Source: Hemiscyllium ocellatum (lineage: Eukaryota). From it: a DNA stretch of 64,000 nucleotides. The notes under the pieces were generated by a model, which worked only from the letters and a program-made list of their open reading frames with translations, did no database searches and was not told where the DNA came from. The position numbers and the translations under genes were made by a program. Shown piece by piece: positions 24,280 to 37,765 of the stretch. The stretch is taken from contig NC_083435.1 of NCBI RefSeq assembly GCF_020745735.1, positions 6,479,201-6,543,200 of the forward strand, written 5' to 3'. Numbering within the stretch: the first letter of the stretch is position 1; the number at the start of each line of letters is the position of its first letter.

Positions 24280-26250
24280 AGAGGGAAATCATGAGAGCAA
24301 AAAGGGGGATATGAGATAGCTTTGGCAAATAGAATTAAGGACAATCCAAAGGGTTTTTACAAATACATTAAGGACAAAAGGGTAACTAGGGAGAGAATAG
24401 GACACCTGAAAGATCAGCAAAGCGGCCTTTGTGTGGAGCCGCAGAAAATGGGGGAGATACTAAACAAGTATTTACAGTGGAAAAGGACATGGAAGATATA
24501 GACTGTAGGGTGACATCTTCCAAAATGTCCAGATTACAGAGGAGGAAGTGCTGGATGTCTGAAATGCATAAAAGTGGATAAATCCCCTAGACCTGATCAG
24601 GTGTACTCTAGAACTCTGTTGGAAGCTAGAGAAGTGATTGCTGGGCCTCTTGCGAGATATTTGTATCATCGATAGTCACAGGTGAGGTGCCGGAAGATTG
24701 GAGGTTGGCTAATGTGATGCCACTGTTTAAGAAGGGCGGTAAAGACAAGCCAGGGAACTATAGACCAGTGAGCCTGACCTCGGTGGTGGGCAAGTAGTTG
24801 GAGGGAATCCTGAGGGACAGGATTGGGAAAGGCAAGGACTGATTAGGGATAGTCAACCTGGCTTTGTGTGTGTGATTTCTGAAGAAGGGCTTATGCCCGA
24901 AACATCGAATCTCCTGTTCCTTGGATGCTGCCTGACCTGCTGCGCTTTTCCAGCAACACATTTTCAGCTCTGATCTCAGCATCTGCAAACCTCACTTTCT
25001 CCTCATGTGGGAAATCATGTCTCACAAATTTGATTGAGTTTTTTGAAGAAGTAACAAAGAGGATTGATGAGAGCAGAGCGGTAGATGTGACCTATATGGA
25101 CTTCAGTAAGGTGTTCGACAAGATTCCCCATGGGAGACTGGTCAGCAAGATCAGATCTCATGGAATACAGGGAGGACTAGCCATTTGAATATAGAACTGG
25201 CTCAAAGGTAGAAGACAGAGGGTGGAGGGTTGTTTTTCAGACTGGAGGCCTGTGACCAGTGGAATGCCACAAGGATTGGTGCTGGGTCCACTACTTCTCA
25301 TCATTTATATAAATGTATTGGATGTGAGCATAATAGGTATAGTTAGTAAGTTTGCAGATGACACCAAATTTGGAGGGCTAGTGGACAGTGAATAAAATTA
25401 CCTCAGAGTACAACATGATCTTGATCAGATGAGCCAATGGGCTGAGAAGTGGCAGATGGAGTTTAATTCAGGTAAATGTGAGGTGCTGCATTTTGGGAAA
25501 ACAAATCTGAGCAGGACATAGACACTTAATGGTAAGGTCCTAGAGAGTGTTGCTGAACAAGGAGACCTTGGAGCGCAGGTTCATAGCCCCTTGAAAGTGG
25601 AGTCGCAGATAGATAGGATAGTGAAGAAGGGTTTGGTATGTTTTTCTTTATTGGTCAGGGCATTGAGTACAGGAGTTGGGAGGTCATGTTGCGGCTGTAC
25701 AGGACATTGGTTAGGCCACTGTTGTAATATCACGTGCAATTCTGGTCTCCTTCCTATCGGAAAGATTTCGTGAAACTTGAAAGGGTTCAGAAAAGATTTA
25801 CAAGGATGTTGCCAGAGTTGGAGGATCTGAGCTACAGGGAGACGCTGAGCAGGCTGGGGTTGTTTTCCCTGGAGTGTCGGAGGCTGAGGGGTGACCTTGT
25901 AGAGGTTTACAAAATTATGAGGGGCATGGATAGGGTAAATAGACAAAGTCTTTTTCCTGGGGTCGGGGTGTTCAGAACTAGAGGGCATAGGTTTAGGGTG
26001 AGAGGGGAAAGATATAAAAGAGACCTAAGGGGCAATGTTTTCACGCAGAGGATAGTGCCTGTGTGGAATGAGCTACAGAGGAAGTGGTGGAGGCTGGTAC
26101 AATTGCAACATTTAAAAGGCATTTGGATGGGTATATGAACAGGAAGGGTTTGGAGGGATATGGTCTGGGTGCTGGCAGATGGGACTAGACTGGGTTAGGA
26201 TATCTGGTCAGCATGGATGAGTTGGACCGAAGGGTCTGTTTCTGTGTTGT
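24280..26250 (+). mobile_element. 5'-truncated CR1 LINE, interrupted by a Penelope-derived repeat at about 24873-25005
   Basis: RT motifs (CLTNLIEFFEEVTK, DFSKVFDKIPH, SKFADDT, QFWSPSYRKD...RGDLVEVYKIMRG) and 3' UTR; the inserted piece carries gaagaagggcttatgcccgaaacatcg. Confidence 0.88.
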
Positions 26251-28699
26251 ACATCTCTATGGTTCTATAAACATTGGACTAAACAAAGGAACAATAACAG
26301 ATTCCTCAATGGTCTGGTTCAATAATATATCTGGCAGGTATATATTTACAGTGAGATTATAGGACTCTTTTATATTAAAACGATGTAAATCATTGCTTCA
26401 TGTAAATTTGACCTCGATTTATCTGTCAAAGAAGCTGTTATTTTCTAATTTTGTTTGAACTATGAACATCAATACATCAATACAAACTGAACACGGATGT
26501 TTATTCAGGTCACTTCAAGGTTTGGAAGGCTCTACTACATTGGGACTGTTTTGTTGTAACTTCGAATTGTTATTTTGTTTATTGGCTACTGCTTTGGGGA
26601 TTGAAAACATCCTGGAAGATTCCAGAGTGTTAGTTTTGAATTTCTACAGAGGCATCGAACAACTGATAGTGATTGGGAAGCTGGTTTAATATCTGATCCC
26701 AGCTTACATTTTCATGGACTGTAACAGGATGGAACAGCAACTTGGAAGATATGTAAGATGCCTCAGAACCCCAGTGAACACCGCAGCGAAACTGCCAAAT
26801 CTACCATCTGTCACTGTCTTATCGCCCCAACATCTACAGTACCCCCACACCAGCCTGTACCAGACTTGGGGGTGAGAGATTTGGCAGGTGGTGGGTCCAA
26901 GGGTCAAGACTCCAGGCTGAAACTTCAGTGCAGTACTGAAGGAGTGCTGCATGTTGCATTCATGGTTTTTACGTAGTTGCTGACCATTACTCAGAAGTTA
27001 CTTGCATTGCAGCTTTTTATCTTGTGCTCATCAGCCCTAAAAACCAAATTCAGAAAGGCAACAACAAATTAAACAGGGTGAGGAGATGTTACCGAGTGGT
27101 TGAATTGCAGTTTGGACGAAACCACTCACAGTTCATTTGTATGCAACACTTTGTCTTTTTTTAACTTGACCCAGTGTTTTTGGCAAATGCAACATAAAAT
27201 TTAAAAAAGACAAGAGCTTCCCTTTACTTCTTGTTTCCTCTTCTCTGGCTGAAAAACTCTAACTTGTCCATCTTCTTTTCTACAGTCCTGATGAGAGGTC
27301 TGAAACATTATGCTGTTCCAGATCGGCTGAATGCTCCCAGCACCCTCTGTTTTTATTTCTGATTTCCAATGCTCACACTTTGTTGTTTTTAATTTGGTGC
27401 CAGCATTGAAATTAGACTCCCACAGCATCATTAAAAGGCAGCACCACAGATACAGAGTCTACATTAGGCACGAATGTAAGAATCATTATAATTCTGTCAT
27501 GGCGAATTGAATAAATGTAGTGAGATTGCACCAGTATTTTTTACAATCGTGCTGTTTTTCTAATCCATTATTAGTAACTAAAGGAAATACAAAATTATCT
27601 ATGAATAATCAATGATTCATCTCACCAACAGCATCAGGGGCACATGCACATTGAGGTAATTGATTGAGTGGAAAGGTAAGCATTCGTGATTTGAAGAATT
27701 GGTCACCAATTTGAGAAAGTTGGGGACCACAGACAGCTATCAATGGAATGGTCAGGTGGGGGAACAAAGAGCAAACAGAATATGGGATAATGCATTACAG
27801 AAGTGTAGTAAAGCTGAGACATGCACAATAAATGGCAACACTGGAGTGAAACATAAAGGAACAGAGGGACCTGAGAATGCATATCCAAAAGATATGGAGG
27901 TAACAGATCACTGGAGGTGCCTGTGGTACCTGGAGGTAGATAAATGGTTAAAAAGGAACATGGGTTACTTTCCTACTTTAGTTTCAACAGCTGCTTTCAT
28001 TAGCTGAGAAACAGAATGTAAAGAGTAGGGAAATTGTGCTACAGCTGTGGATAGGTCATAGCTAAAGGACAATATAGAGTTCTGATCATGGCATTGCAGG
28101 ATTAGAGACAGTCCAGAGGTCACTTACTTTGAATATTTCCACAAATGAAGTATTTTAGCAATGAGGAAAGTTTGGATGGGTCAAGGTTATGTTCTCTGGA
28201 AGAGACAAGAGAGAAGGGAAATTTCCATTTGTTGTTTATAAAGTTGCAAGGCCTAAATAGAATGGACATTTGCTGTTTTTTTTCTAAGAATCCCGGCGAG
28301 AATATGTTCACAGTCATTAGTCAGGGGTCAGTGGGACTGAAAAATTTTTTTGTTGTAGAGCTCAGTGCTGAGGGAGTGGAAGAGGCAGAAACCTCATTGT
28401 ATTTAGAAATAACAGCTCTTTTATGTTATTACATCCAGATGAGAGGGAATGGCTCCTCTTTTTTACTCACTGGAGTGCAGCAGGGCTTTGATTTCAAAAA
28501 TACCGCATTTGCCAATTCATAGAAACCGAAAAATTAAAAAATTGGAACAGTAGTAGGCCATTCAGCCCTTTGAGCCTGCTCCACCATTCAAATGATCATG
28601 TCTGATCATCCAACTCAGTCCCCTGTTCCTGCTTTCTCCCCATAATCCATGATTCCTTCAGTCCCTACGTCCACCTCTGAACTCAATACATCTGATTTC

Positions 28700-29750
28700 T
28701 AATAAATTGTCTAGAACTTTGCTTTGTCAAAGGGAGGTCATGCCTGACAAAACTGTTAGAATTCTTTGTGGATGTAACTGGCAAGTTAGACAAAGGAGAG
28801 CCAGTGAATGTGATCTATTTGGATTTCCAGAAGGCCTTTGACGTGGTGCCGCATAGGAACCTGCTAAGTAAGATAAGAGACCATGGTGTTAGGAGCAAAA
28901 TACTGGCAGGGATAGAGGACTGGCTGACTGGCAGAAGGCAGAGAGTAGGGATAAAGGATAGCAGCCAGTGTCTAGTGGAGTTTTGCAGGGTAACATGTTG
29001 GGACCGCAGCTATTTACGTTATATGTTAACAATCTAGATGAAGGAACTGAGGACATTGTTTTTAAGTTTGCAGGTGGAAGGACAGATAGTGTTGAGGAAG
29101 CAGGGAGGCTGCAAAAGGACTTGGACATGCTTAGCAAGTGGGAAATGAAAGGGCAGATGGAATACCATGTGCAGAAAAGTGAGTCCTAATTTAGGGTTCC
29201 CTTAAGGTTAACACGCAGGTTCAGTTGGCAGTTTGGAAGGCAAATGCAACATTGTCACTCATTTCAAGAGGGCTAGAAAACAAAAGCTGAGATGTACTAT
29301 TGAGGCTGACTAAGGCTCTGGTCAGACTGCATTTGAAATATTGAGGGCAGTTTTGTGTCCTGTAACTAAGAAAGGATGTGCTGGCATTGAAGGGGGTCCA
29401 GATGAGGTTGATAAGAATGCTCTCAGGAATGAAGGGCTAGTCATATGAGGAGCGTTTAAGGACTCCGAGTCTGTCCTTGATGGAGTGTAGAAGGATATTG
29501 GGGGATCTGATTGAAACTTACAGGATACTGAGCGGTCTGGATGGAGTGGACATGGAGAAGAAATTTCCGCTTGTAGGAGAGACTTGGGCCTGGGGTTACA
29601 GCCTCAGGGTGAGGTGACAACCCTTTAGAATTGAGATGAGGAGGAATGTCTTCAGCCAGATGGTGGTGAATCTGTAGCATTAGTTGCCATAGCAGGTTGT
29701 TGATACCAAGTCATTGAGTGTCTTTAAGACAAAGATAGATAGGTTCTTAA
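28700..29750 (+). mobile_element. CR1 LINE RT fragment
   Basis: DVIYLDFQKAFD-like, GVLQGNMLGPQLFTLYVNNLD and KFAGG motifs; degenerate. Confidence 0.8.
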
Positions 29751-29759
29751 TTATAGAGT

Positions 29760-31060
29760 CATTAGGTCACACAGAATGGAAACAACTTTCAGTCCAATTT
29801 GTCCATGCTGACTATGTTTCCAACTTAGTCCTACCTGCCTGCATTTAGAACATAGAACATAGAAAAATACAGCGCAGTACAGGCCCTTCGGCCCTCAATG
29901 TTGCGCCGATCCAAGCCCACCTAACCTACACTAGCCCACTTTCCTCCATATGCCTATCCAATGCCCGTTTAAATGCCCATGAAGAGGGAGAGTCTACCAC
30001 TGTTACTGGCAGGGCATTCCATGAACTCACGACTCGCTGAGTAAAGAATCTATCCCTAACATCTGTCCTATACCTACCACCCCTTGGCCCATATCCCTCT
30101 GCCCCTTCCTATACATGTACTTACCCAAATATTTTTTAAACATTGTAACTGGACCTGCATCCATTACTTCTTCTGACAGTTCAGTCCACACACAAACTAC
30201 TCTCTATGTAAAAAAAATCTTTCTCCTCTCACCTTAAAAATATACCCCCTAGTTTTGAAATCCATTACCTTACGAAAATACACTTACTATTTACCTTATC
30301 CATGCCCCTCATGATTTTATAAACCTTGATAAGTCACCCCTCAACCTCCTATGCTCCGGTGAAAAAATGTCCTAACCTATCCAGCCTATTTTAATAATTC
30401 AAATCCTCCATTCCTGGCAACACACTGGTGAAAGCTTTCTGAATCCTCTACAGTTTAACAGTATCTTTCCTATAACAGTGTGACCAGAAATGAACCCAGT
30501 ACTCCAGAAGATGCCTCACCAACATCCTGCACATGACGTCTCAACTCATATACTCAAAGATCTGAGCAATGAAGGCAAGTGTGCTAAATGTCTTCTTAAC
30601 CACTCTGTCTCTCTGTTCTACGATATTACCCAAGGCCCAACCATTAATTGTATAAATCCTGGTTTTGTTTGTTTTACCAAAATGCAATACCTCGCATTTA
30701 TCCAAACGAAACTCCATCTGCCACTCCTCAGCCACTGATCCAGTTGATCAAGATTCCTTTGTAATCTTAGATGACCTTCTTCACTGTCCACTATACCACC
30801 AGTTTTGATGTCATCTGCAAACTTACTACCCGTGCCTCCTATCGTCGTTCTCATCCAAATCATTTGTAAAATTGACAAACAACAAATTAACGTAGTACCA
30901 ATCCCTGGGAAACGCTGCTGGTCACAGGCCTCCAGTCTGAAAACTAACCCTCCATCACCACCCCCTGCCTCCTGCCATTAAGCCAATTGGCAATCTCACC
31001 CTGAATCCCATGCAGTCCAACTTTACTAATTAATCTACTGTATCAAAGGCTTTACTAAAG
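29760..31060 (-). mobile_element. CR1 LINE 3' fragment with a second CR1 3' end nested at about 29848-30085
   Basis: SKFADDIKTGGIVDSEEG, MEFRLDKCEVLHFG; the nested piece begins with an agaacatagaacatag tail repeat. Confidence 0.75.
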
Positions 31061-31318
31061 TCCAAGTAAATAACATTGACCTTTCTACCTCATCAGCAAG
31101 GGGATCGAGGGTAACAGGGAGAAGGTACAAGAATGGGTTGAGAAACATACCAGCCATGATTGAATGATGGAGCACATATGATGGGCTGAATGGCCTAATT
31201 CTGCACTTATATATGATCAAAATGGCAGAAGTTTTTCGAGTTAAAAAGTAATGTGTTTTTATATTAAGCTAAAATATACACATGTAAACATATTAAAAAT
31301 ACAGAACTACATTTTACT

Positions 31319-31640
31319 GGCATGGTGGCTCAGTGGGTAGCACTGCTGCCTCACAGCTTCAGGGACCCGAATTCAATTCCACCCTCAGGCAACTGTCTGT
31401 GTGGAGTATGCACATTCTCCCCATGTCTGTGTGTGTCCTCTGGGTGCTCCGGTTTCCTCTCACAGTCGAAAGATGTGCAGGTTAGGGTGGACTGGCCATG
31501 CTACATTGGTCATAGTGTCCAGGGAAGTGTGGATCAGGTTGAATGGACTTGGCAAATGAAGGGTTACAGGAATGGGGTGCTATTCAGAGGGTCGATGTGG
31601 ACTCGATGGGTTGAAAGGCCTGCTTCTATACTGTAGGCTT
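31319..31640 (+). mobile_element. HE1-like V-SINE (diverged)
   Basis: catggtggctcagtgggtagcactgctgcctcacagc head and conserved central domain. Confidence 0.75.
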
Positions 31641-34464
31641 TTTATGATCTTCACCCTAATTTCAACACACACATGAGATGGAAAAGTATGAGTTGAGGGT
31701 CTGTAAGTAAATTGCAATGGAGGTTGAAGTCTTTTATCAGTTCTTTGTTTGCTTGGAGCATTGTAGACACAGTCGAAGTCAGCAGACGGAGTGCTATCTT
31801 AGGTGACGTTAGAGGGGGAAAGAGAGAGCAGGAACCTCTCTTACATCTGCTGCTGCTGGGATCCCTAACAATACCTAACCTTAGACAACACACACAAATG
31901 GTGCCTGGTCACACCATTTATCCCGAAGTGCCAACAGGGATTTGACTATCAATTGTAAATTCCAAAAGGTGGCTTTGATTCTCTCCCATTTGCAAAGAAA
32001 TCTTAAAAAAAATCACATTCCAAAGTTACCCCGGAGTCTGCTAGAGAAGAGAAGAGGAAATTTGATTGAGATCTTCAAAATCACAAGGAGTCCGATGAAA
32101 TATTTTGGAAGGAACTGTTGTACTGGTGGAAGTGATTGGGAAACAGAGGACACTGACTCTCGGTGGTTGGCAAGAGTGAGACAAATGTTATCGCACACCC
32201 CTAGTGTCTGTCTGGCAATGCCTTGGAACTGATGGAAGCTGATTCAACCAAGGCTTCCATCACCAAAATGGGAATGATCTCCAGGACTAGGAACTAATGG
32301 CAAAAGTGTACCAGTCGGTGAATTCCTCTTGCAGTGACCGAGCACAGACATGATGGGCTGAGTGTCCTCCTTCTGTGCTGTAACCATTCTGTAATTCTCT
32401 GGTCAGCTGCATTAACAATTAAGCATGTATTGAATTAAGAAGATACAAATAAGACGCCTGAGTTTTGAAGAAATCTATAGGCTGTGATAAATATGTCAGT
32501 GTCAGCAAATACCTTCAGCTCCATTTCACAATGACTTGAGTGAACTCTGGTACATGCCCCGTTAACACTTAGACAGAGTAACTGCTGATAGTAGAGGGAG
32601 CCCCTACACCTCTGCTACACATTTCACTTTGTTCATTCTGCAGCCTAGGCACTATCTGACCAAGTTCAGATGTCGACAAACTTTTGTAATCTTTCATTGG
32701 ACCTTCAACGTTTGACGATTCAATGCTCTGACTTGTTTGTGTCAGTAAATTGAACATTTTATTAAAAGTTCCAAAGTGCAGCTTTATTTTTGGAGTAGCA
32801 CTTTAGTTTGTGAGCAATACTGAGCTTGCACATGGGACTGGAACGATAAATTAGTTAGCAGGTCAGTTGAAAGCTCAATATTCGGAATGATATTTGTGCA
32901 GCAAATGACCCCATCCCATTAACTATTAACTGAGGTGATCACTCACACAGCCAGTGACATTGATTCCAATGTATGCTGATCTGAAAAGAGACAAATAATT
33001 TTGCTGTATCAGCTGAGGGGTTAGAGAATGTGGCCATTTGGCCCAGCAAGCACATTCTGTTAATCTCTAGGATCACAGTTGGGCTGTTTCTCAGTCCCAT
33101 TACCTGCATTTGCTGCATATTTATTATTGCCCATAGCAACAATCGATGTTACTCCTGAACATTTCAATTAACTCCCCAGTGATCACTGTCTTCTGGGCCA
33201 ATGGAATGCTGCATTTCCACCACTCTCTGTACTGTTTCCTCATTTACTTTTATAACATGTGTCCTAAGGTGTTTCATAACAATGTTACTAAACACAATTT
33301 AACACCCACGGATTGGACAAAGACATCTTCTTACAGGAGACCGAAGTCAGGTTTCTTTCCTCACTTGTGAGATGCTGACATCACTGGTGAGGCCTGCATT
33401 TATTGCCCATCCCTAATTGCCCCTTGAGAAGGTGGTGGTGAGCTGTATTCTTGAACTACTGGAGACTTGGGTTGTAGGGGCTGCAGGGGTTCGGAAGAGG
33501 TTTAAGGGCTTTGACAGTGAAGGATCAGTGATATATTTCCAGGTCAGGATGGTGAGGGGCTCGGAAGGGAACTTGCAGGGGTTGATGTTTCCAGGTATCT
33601 GCTGCCTTTGTCCTTCTGCATGGTGGAAGTGTAGGTTTATAAGGTGCTGTTTAAGGAGCCTTGATTAATTAATGCATTTTGCAGATAGTACCCACTGCTG
33701 CTACTGAATGTCAGTGGTGGAAGGAGTGGATGCTTGTAATGTGATGCCAATCAAACAGGGGCTGCTTTGTCCTGGATAGTGCCAAGCTTGCCAGTCCAAA
33801 GATGTGCGGGTCAGGTGAATTGGCCATGCTAAATTGCCCGTAGTGTTAGGTAGGGGGTAAATGTAGAGGTATGGGTGAGTTGCGCTTCGGTGGGTCGGTG
33901 TGGACTTGTTGGGCTGAAGGGCCTGTTTCCACACTGTAAGTAATCTAAAAAAAAATCTTCTTGAGTGTTGTTGGGTCTGCACCCATCCATACAAGTGAAG
34001 AGTATTTCGTCACACTCCTGACTTGTGCCTTGTAGATGATGGGCAGGCTTTGGGAAATTGGAGATGAGTTACTCATTGCAATCCTCTGATCTGCTCTTGT
34101 TGTCACAATGGTTATATATCTTATTTCTGGTCAATGGTAACCTCCAGGATGTTGATAGTGGGGGATTCAGCCACGGTAACACCATTGAATGTTTAGGTAC
34201 TCTAAAGAAATGAGAGGCGCTGGTGGGAGCAATATTGGCAGAGAGATCATTGAGCAAGAGGCCCAGGTTCATGCTGTGGGAACAGACAGTGTGGTGAATA
34301 TAAGTTAATAAATTTGGGATATAAAGTTAGATTTGGTGAGGGTGAAAATTGTTATTGGTTATTGTAACAACCCATCTGATAGTGCTCTTTAGGAAAGGAA
34401 ATCTGCCATCCATACCCAGTCTGGCCTAGATGTTACTCTGGGCATGGAGCAATGTGTACTGAGT

Positions 34465-35015
34465 CTAGATCAGAGTGGTGCTGGAAAAGCATAGCAGGTC
34501 AGGCAGCATCCAAGGAGCAGGAACATTGAAGTTTCGAGCAAAAGCCCTTCATCAGGAATAGAGGCAGACTGCCTGCAGTGTTTCCTCATTCCCCCTTCCC
34601 CACCTCACCCCAGCTCCAACCTTCCAGCTCAGCACCGCCCTCATGACCTGCCCTACCTGTCCATCTTCCTTTCCACCTATCCACTCCACCCTCCTCTCTG
34701 ACCTATCACCTTCATCTCCACCCCCATTCACCCATTGCACTCTTTGCTATCTTCCCCCACCCTCCTCTCTGACCTATCACCTCCATCCCCACCCCCATTC
34801 ACCTATTGTACTCTATGCTACTTTCTCCCCACCCCCCACTCCCCTCTTATTTATCTCTCCACTCTGCAGGCACCCTGCCTCTATTCCTGATGAAGGGCTT
34901 TTGCCCGAAACGTCGATTTTCCTGCTCCTCGGATGCTGCCTGACCTGCTGTGCTTCTCCAGCACCATTCTGATCTAGACTCTGGTTTCCAGCATCTGCAG
35001 TCCTTGTTTTTACCG
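34465..35015. mobile_element. Penelope-derived insertion with inverted terminal repeats and a 14-bp target-site duplication
   Basis: aatgtgtactgagt at 34451-34464 and 35016-35029. About 34465-34575 is the inverted copy of about 34870-34980. Intact hammerhead core at 34887-34914. Confidence 0.85.
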
Positions 35016-35773
35016 AATGTGTACTGAGTGGCGAGTGAGTCCCAACCTCAGAGTATACAGTTCTGAAGAGGCCCTTCAGTCCTTCTAGTTTGTGCCTTGG
35101 TCCTGACCCTCGAATGTTATGACATTTCAAGTGCTCATCCATGTAACCTCTGCTTCCCACCTGTGCTCCCCTCACAGACACTGCATTCCAGGTTCCCAGA
35201 TACCGCCCCCTCCGTGTGAAAAAAAACATTTTCTCAAATCCCCTCTAAACTTCCTGCCTTTAAAATTCCATCCCTCTCCTTAACCCAGTCCCGAATAGCT
35301 CAACCCTCATCCACAGGCTCTGTTTGTTCCAGTCTTGGTGAAATTTTACCCATTCAGCATTAAAACGATGTCCCAAAAATACTTGCAGTGTTTTTCCACA
35401 TGATCCACATGTTTATCCTTCAGAACGAGCGGAAAATGTAACAAACGCAACAACGCACTTGTTCCAAACCCCCAGGAAATGAAAATAATTCAATAACCGG
35501 GTAGGGCTTAAGAGGAAAGTTTCCATGTTCAGTTCGAGATACCGTTGGAGTTATTTACGCCAGACTTCATGAGTGAACGATTAACCTGCACAATAGCCTG
35601 TTGCAATAAGTGGATCAGGCTGGGGAGGGGTACACGACAGGTCAATATTCAGCAGTTGCCTCTCTCTTACTTTCAGTCGAGCAACCAAATGCCTCTCTGT
35701 CACCTCGAACAGCTTAAGCTCCAAGGCTAATTGTAATTGCCATTTGCGAAGACTCCGCCACAGAGCTCAGAGA

Positions 35774-35810
35774 ATGTGGTTGCTTCTGCTCTTATTCGCT
35801 GCCCATGCAG
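35774..35810 (+). CDS. UrIg: Antibody-like gene exon 1: signal peptide (MWLLLLLFAAHA-G)
   Basis: ATG TGG TTG CTT CTG CTC TTA TTC GCT GCC CAT GCA G|gtaggc. Hydrophobic leader with a phase-1 donor that joins the V exon to give ...HAGPLAA/DDTLY, the split-leader layout of Ig/TCR genes. Gene name is by recalled architecture, not alignment. Confidence 0.85.
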
Positions 35811-37765
35811 GTAGGCTGCCAACTGTGGGTGTCGTCGGCCTCTTTGACTTTTCTCCTCCCTTCCCTTCGCCCTTCCCCCTCCTCTTTGGCCCTCTTGAAG
35901 GCACGTGAGACTTAAGGGGACGATGGGTCAAATTCGATCTTCTCACCGCAGGTTGGCGCGGGTCTGGATGGTGATGGGAGACAGACAGGAACGTGACCCT
36001 ATCTGTCATCCCCTGGTTTTGTCTCTACATCCTCATGAACCAACCCCCAACCAACAAACATAGTGGGGCTCACTGAATGGGGAGCAGAGACAGTGTGGGG
36101 GGAGGGGGAGGAGGAGCTCCAGCACGATATTAGCTCCCCCTACCCTGCTTCCGGATGTGGCTAGGGGTTAGAATCTCATTTCTGGCCCTCACTCAAGCTC
36201 GGAGGCAGTAGTTGGTGCCTGGACGATTGGGGCATTTGTCGTACTGTCAGCGTTCAAGAGAGAATTGGACAATTAACCAAAGAGAAAATAAAATTGCAGT
36301 AGTTTGGGGGTAAGCTGGGGGGAATGGGCCAAGCTACATTCCTGTCGCGGAAGGCCCACATGGAAAAACTGGGCCGAGTAACCACCGGAACATTCTGCAA
36401 TTCCACATCTTCCATCTTGTTCACCAGAACCGGACACAGCAGAGTCTCAGTCCACAGTGGACTGAAGCCCATACTCTACAGAAAACTCTCCCGAATACAC
36501 TTCAGGAAGCTTTCTGCTGGCATTATACCAGTCTCTACATTCGGATACTTCAAGTGCATTATTCCCTCTGCTCATTCTAGTCCTGTCATTTTCTTGCAAA
36601 TTTGTCCCTCTACACCTTTCCCAATCCCCCCCCCCCCCAGAAAGCAGGGATGAGGGCAGACCCTAGGGAGCTGGGGAAAAAGGAACAAATTGGAATTCAA
36701 AAGGAATAAGCTGTGGGACACTCCCCAGTGCCACGGGACAAGTGCGTGCAACAGTGGGAAGACTGTGTAGAGAGCAAATGCAGGAGGGAGGATTTTGGGG
36801 TCATTGGCTGTTGGGGTCAGCTCAGGCCTGACTGTTTGCTGCTGAGAGAAGCAGCATCGATCTCCTTGTGGGGCCAGCTTGCTTCACAGTTAGGGCTTAA
36901 CCAAACACCACAGTGCCGGGCATATCAGGAGGTAATGTCAGAGGGTGAAATGTACACAGAGATTTGGCAGAGACAGGCAAAACTAAAGGAGTATCTTTAC
37001 CTTTAGTAAAGATCATGTACAAGATGGAGGTCACAGTGAAAGGGAGTGGAATACACCAGACTCAGTTTGCTGCACATGAATAGTGTGTGATAAACAAGAT
37101 CCCCAGGTTACAGGGACAGTTAGTCCCATCGAAATCTGATGGTGGGACAACAATGGAGACCTGAATCAGAGAGAGGCAGGACTGGGAGTTAAAGATTCCT
37201 GGGTATAAGGAGTTCAGGGAAAATGGGAAAGGATGAAAGCAGAAAGGAAGGCAAGTCTGAACATGACAGTGTTGGATAGAGGGTTATCCCAGAGGCATCA
37301 AGGACAGAATCTGTTTGGTTAGAGCTAGGAGACAATAACTGCATCATAACATGGGACCGACAATGGGTATTCTACAGGGGACCGACAATGGGAAAGGTAT
37401 ATAGAAATCTGCAGGGAAATGACAGATGAAATGGAATTATCCAAATGTAGACAGCATAAAGGAGAGAGATATGTTCAGGAGAAGTTTCTACAGGGTATGG
37501 CTCAGTGCAGAAGTTATCCAAATGTAGACAGCATAAAGGAGAGAGATATGTTCAGGAGAAGTTTCTACAGGGTATGGCTCAATTTGCTGTCAAATTCTTG
37601 GATAAAACCTGATGGTTGTGAAACACACGGTATATAAATACAACACCTTCTGTAACTCAATGCATTAAAACAAACCATTCAGCATCTCTTTCACACTTTT
37701 GCGAATGACTTTAAATCTGACTGACAGTGAGCTGACTCATGAGTGTGGGTTTTTTTTCCCTGTAG

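Noticed and set aside
33125-33145. RFX X-box-like ttgcccatagcaac as part of an MHC class II SXY module
   Set aside because: No X2 or Y box at the required spacing and no class II gene nearby.
36250-37560. Short ORFs in the leader-V intron as extra exons
   Set aside because: They translate to decayed CR1 endonuclease-like remnants, and the leader joins the V exon directly in phase.
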